Assembly: GCA_965202585.1 (NCBI GenBank)
Contig: OZ241831.1
Coordinates: 10,292,001-10,356,000, forward strand
Source of the DNA: Thalia democratica
Lineage: Eukaryota
Direction: 5' to 3'
DNA: 64,000 nt
The position numbers were made by a program, and so were the translations under genes. Shown here piece after piece: positions 59,901 to 64,000 of the stretch. The first letter of the stretch is position 1; the number at the start of each line of letters is the position of its first letter. Below the pieces are notes generated by a model that ran no database searches, had not been told where the DNA came from, and saw nothing but the letters and a program-made list of their open reading frames with translations.

Positions 59901-62900
59901 TGTCTTGAAAACTTTGGATTTCACAAGTTAAATTAAACTAAAGTTTATATCAACGATAAAAAATTAGTAAAAAATGCTCAAGCTCATATTATTTAGTTTA
60001 AAAGTTGTTATTATCCTGAATTTAAAAACTATATATATTCAAGTTATTTTTGTTTTGGAACGAGTTTCAATTTTACACCGAAAAAAAAGTTTAAAAAAAC
60101 TCTTATATTTTTCTTAAAATTTGTCACAACGCAAGTTGACATATTGTATTTAAAAAAAAGTTTATTTCTATATTCTTAATAAACAAACAAACTTAATCTA
60201 TGCTTAAATTACTTTTTTCATGCAACAATTCGTTTAAATTCAGTCTTCGTTTTATTATCAATTATTCTTATTTAAAAATACTAGTAAAAAATTAGACTCC
60301 TAGAATCTAGCTAAAAACATGTTTTTTCAAAAATAATAGTTATTTTAACTTTCACTTGTTTCATGGAACATTAGGATAATTTTTTGCAGGTTTGAAAACC
60401 GATTAAAATCCTAGAATATTTAGCATTAAAATGCGCTGCAAAAGTACCGCAGTAATTAGTTTAAATCATAAGGCACATATCGGAAAAAGTATATTTTTGA
60501 AAATATTGATTTCGAATCATGAAAAATAAAGAGCTTAGCATTTAAAAAATTAAATTAAAAAAAAAACGTGAGCAACTTTAAGTTACTCTTGTTTAAACTC
60601 TACGAGTTTAAGATAAGTTATGTTTAGTTTAGTTTTGTGTAACAATTTTGTAAACAACCTGAAAAAAAGAAAGCTTTATTTATAACTTGTTTTTGTTGCT
60701 AGTTTTATATTTTGAATGAAAATTATAGTTTGTTATTTTATTATGAGTTTTAATATATTTTAAAATGATAAAAAAAAACCTTTAAAATCTTTAAATAATA
60801 TATATTTTTAAATAATTACTTATTATAGGTTTGAAACATTTTATTTTGTTTTAAAACTGAAAAAAGTCTTTATATTAAAGTGTTCTAAATTTATTTTTTT
60901 TAGTTAGTTTAACTCGTGTCAGAACTAAATGCAATTTGTATAATTTGTCTTAAAAAAACTGTTACTTATATTTTTTTTTACTCTAGAATACAGTTTTTGT
61001 TTTTTATGCGTATTTAGTTTTTTAAACGTATAAAAGTAACAGCTCTTAATTAAAAAGTGATATGAAATATTAAATTTAATTTATACTTTATCAACATTTT
61101 TTAGTTTTTTGTATTATTAGCATGTATATGTAAGCTAAGTTTTAGAATAAAACAAAAAAAAAAAGTTCAGTTATAAGCAGACAAATTGAACATTTACTTT
61201 TACTTAGTATTCTCGTATTTCATACTTCTATTATTTGAAAATAAACTTTTTAGTATATATGAAATATTTCTTTTAAATAAAATAGTACCCTTTATGTCTG
61301 TTTTTATGAAAATTTAATTAACTCTCGCAACTAAGTTTTCCAATGTTTCAAATTATGGTCGTGAAAACTAAATAAGTTAAAGTTATAAAAAACTTTTCAA
61401 TATCTAATTTTAAAAGATATTTTGGGATAAATTACTCTAATAAAAAAAAGTACTGTTTTTTTTTGAATTTTTTTTTGGGACAATTGTTTTTACAACTTTA
61501 GTTTTGCTTATTTCAAAGTCTTGCGATACATGTTAAACTTTTTTGTCAATAAATTCCCGTACAGACTCCCTCTCATTATTTTCCTGAGCAGCTAATTAAA
61601 ACTCAATTTGCGTGAAATTTTTCATTTTAAGATGCTCACATTGAACAAGAATGTTGAATAATTAAAGTCTCACTTAAGAAGCACCAAGTATGCCATAAAA
61701 TCAATCTTCGCATTTTTATAAAAGAGTCGAGCTGTGAGCAGTGTGCCAATTTTTCGGGCTTTTAATGTCGAGCGAAGTTCAGAATAAAAACTAAAAACGT
61801 TTGAAAATGTTTCAGATGTAAGAATATAGAGTCTGCAAGTGATAAAACAAAAACAAAATTGTTTATTTGAAAGAAAGTTAAATGGAAGTTAGAAAGTTAA
61901 AATATCTTATAAGTTATATAGTTAACTAAAATAAGAATAAATAACACTTATAGTTAGCTTAAATTGTTATTACTTGTAAAATATAATAAGTTTGTATATC
62001 AAAAAGAGTTTTATTTTGATTAAGTTGTAAAATTTCAAGTTTTATTTGTTTTGTTTACAAAAACTTAACTCGACTTCTTGTACAATTTGTTAGACTAACT
62101 TTATAATTTTTTTTGATTAGTTGCAAATAAATCAAGTTTAAATAAACTGGAATAGTGTTTGAATTTAAAAAACAAAACATTTCAAGTATCTTTAATCAAA
62201 GCCTTACAATTTTTACTTGGATCGAACTGTCAGACAAACTCAGTTTTTCAAAATTGATTTTTAATTTTTTTTTATACGACAGATGCTAGTTAGTAGCAAC
62301 TTTTGTCTGATAGCGAAATGGTTTAAACTGTGTTGTAAAGTAGATATAATTTTAAAATCCGTTACTTTAATTTCCTCAGTTATATCTCAATGCTAACATT
62401 AGTTTATTCAGATTTGTATTTTATAAGAAGTTGGAGACCATTTTTTTCAACAAGTTTTTCTAGTATTTTAAATTCATTTTTTCAGTATGCTTGTTAAAAA
62501 GTAATAAAAAGTAGATAACGTTTATTCTTTAAGTGCCAGTGTTGATTATTTTCTAGTCAAAAGTTCAGACGCTTAAAACACATTAAAAACTATAACAAGA
62601 GTAAATAAGTAGTAGATTCAAAAGTTTTTTTTATAAATTGACTTTGTTTTTAACTATTTTTAAACGCATAATAAGATTTTTTAAATTGTAATAAAGAAGT
62701 ATTTATGTTTTTAGTACAAAAGTTTTTAGTAAATAAAAACATTTCCTTATAAAACACATTGGTATTTTTAAATAAAAAAATGTTTTTTTTTGTGTTCTAA
62801 TTGTATAAATTTGATTTAAAGCTAATCTTAATATAGAATTATTTACAGTTAATACTTTGAATAAAAAAAAGTTTTGTCAATATCTTATAGCGTTTATTTT

Positions 62901-64000
62901 GTATTTAAAATTTAGAAATTTTTAAGAGTTTTCCATATTACTGTTGATTTTATCTACTTACTTTAAATACTTACAAAAATGCTTAGAGACCCTTGTCCTG
63001 CTTATTTTAGCTTTTTAACTCGAAAGGTCTTGAAAACACTTCAATTTTTAAGTAAAAAGTTATTAAAACTTTACACATAAATTTCTTTTTGTTTAATTTG
63101 AAAAATAAGATTCTAAGCTCATACCTTTAACTATCGATTTTGATTTTTTCGTAAAAAAAGACATATGAATTTGTGCAGCAAATGCAGTATTAAAGTACTG
63201 AGTTATAGTGGTTTTTAACTAAACTTTTTAATTATTAAACATACATTTATTTTACGCTAGACACTGTGTCTGCTAGATTTAATTTGTTTTTAATAATGTT
63301 GATCTATCTATCCTGTATTTTTTTTTTACTTATTTTCTATACCTTTATTTTTCTTAAAGTTTCCGCTTTAACAAAAATAAAAGTTTAGTTATATAAAAGA
63401 TCATTTATAAAGCTTAAGAATAACTTTTTAAAAGTTATAATGACTTTTAAGTTTTCTATTTATATCTATTTTTAATTGATAATAATTTAATGATAAAATA
63501 ACAGTATTTTTATAGATTTTATATTATTTCAAAACTTTGTTTGCTTAGTAAGTTTTTACAAGTTATAGCTTTCAAGATAATTTAAAACTTATACTTTACA
63601 GTCTGTTATAACTTGCAGTTTTATTTATAAAAATATACCAGTTATGATAACTTTAGTCGTGTTTGTATTTACATATTTGTGACAAACCTGTTTATTAACT
63701 TGAATGCTGTTTAACTTGAATGTTGTTTTTAGTTTAGGTTGTTAAAGATTGTTTTATTTGCTCAAAATATTAACATTACTCTGTACTGTTTAAAAATTAT
63801 AGATAACTTAGCCGAAGTACACACAGTTGAATAATTCGAAAAGATGGAATCTATTTTTACAGCTAAACATAAAAAATGTATCAAAAGTTAAAAGTTAGTC
63901 CTAACAAATTTAAATTGAACTTCTGCCTCGGACGGATATTGACATTCTTTATAATTTTCAACATTAGCTCTGCAAGTTTATCGGAAAAATCTAACATTTT

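Noticed and set aside
53200-64000. Short ORFs 55520-55708 and 57823-58005, and the rest of the right end
   Set aside because: AT-rich intergenic or intronic DNA with repeat fragments; no supportable exon or RNA gene found by eye.

Overview
Very AT-rich eukaryotic DNA, most likely from an invertebrate animal (GT-AG introns, GC-richer exons; species not identifiable). (1) 2974 to <1 (-): a secreted multidomain protein missed by the ORF track: signal peptide, C-type lectin domain, chitin-binding CBM14-like module, Ser/Thr-rich linker, second C-type lectin domain. It runs off the window edge. (2) Three 14-exon eEF2 genes. Copy 1 (+, 6625-17088) and copy 3 (+, 43410-53121) are intact 842-aa ORFs; copy 2 (-, 37485-27161) has a 1-nt deletion in exon 5. 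Copies 1 and 2 lie in the arms of a ~38-kb inverted duplication (~2988-21410 vs ~22695-41129, ~1.3-kb spacer). Copy 2 is a patchwork of copy-1-like and copy-3-like tracts. (3) The eEF2 introns carry about 27 box C/D snoRNA loci of three families, whose guides match 28S rRNA sites served in human by SNORD38, SNORD99 and SNORD30. One family occupies six different introns, and copies range from intact to relic in a gene-specific pattern. Most end about 70 nt upstream of a 3' splice site. (4) MITEs: a family with 6-bp TSDs that nests in itself, a Buster/Charlie-type hAT MITE with an 8-bp TSD, and a ~600-bp foldback element. No gene was found in 53200-64000. rRNA targets, human snoRNA names and site numbers are recalled from memory and need a database check.
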